From Candidatus Moraniibacteriota bacterium (GTDB taxonomy: Bacteria > Patescibacteriota > Minisyncoccia > Moranbacterales > UBA2206): DNA of 64,000 bases. Position 1 is the stretch's first letter. Each line of letters starts with the position of its first letter. Shown piece by piece: positions 63,920 to 64,000 of this stretch. The position numbers and the translations under genes were made by a program. A model generated the notes under the pieces. It was given only the letters and a program-made list of their open reading frames with translations. It did no database searches and was not told the origin of the DNA. The stretch covers positions 8,606 through 72,605 of the forward strand of contig DMWY01000001.1 in the NCBI GenBank assembly GCA_003483065.1, read 5' to 3'.

Positions 63920-64000
63920 AGTTTTTATTTATTAATTAATACAAATTCTAAATATTTTACATTTTAAAGAATTATTCTGTTCACATGTTGCCTTCCATTC

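Overview
This is an AT-rich window (roughly 30% GC by eye) with tightly packed, often overlapping genes. The gene content (archaeal-type UMP kinase, a free-standing four-helix-bundle 'IVS' protein, many small palindromic repeats, very high glycosyltransferase density) suggests an uncultivated, reduced-genome bacterium, possibly Patescibacteria/CPR; this is inference. Positions ~380-50440 form one large cell-envelope glycan locus. It contains at least 14 GT-A/GT-B glycosyltransferases, two GtrB-like polyprenyl-phosphate sugar synthases, a GtrA-family flippase, a Wzx flippase, a Wzy/O-antigen-ligase-like protein, and an LCP (LytR-CpsA-Psr) ligase. It also carries UDP-glucose 6-dehydrogenase, a full asparagine synthase, an AsnB-like amidoligase lacking the glutaminase cysteine, a cysteine-synthase-family PLP enzyme, two KpsC/KpsS-like 'HP-motif' proteins and two Zn-ribbon SAM methyltransferases. 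Most striking is the expansion of polytopic GT-C-like membrane proteins: a tandem pair with a canonical Asp-Glu motif, a YfhO-like protein, and four paralogs (three tandem plus one convergent) with a conserved DQSRD and QYSRFAWNPNS signature. The right end (50.4-64 kb) is housekeeping: S41 C-terminal protease, rplI, pyrG, rpmA, iscR-iscS-iscU, an M23 peptidase, gltX, and a Cas4-like PD-(D/E)XK nuclease. Several short palindromic elements are scattered through the window. One sits in-frame inside the Wzy-like gene, and a GC-rich hairpin is embedded in two GT4 genes. The four-helix-bundle gene lies in an inverted-repeat-flanked cassette between a GT2 gene and its usual DUF2304 partner. I found no rRNA, tRNA, CRISPR array, transposase or integrase gene.
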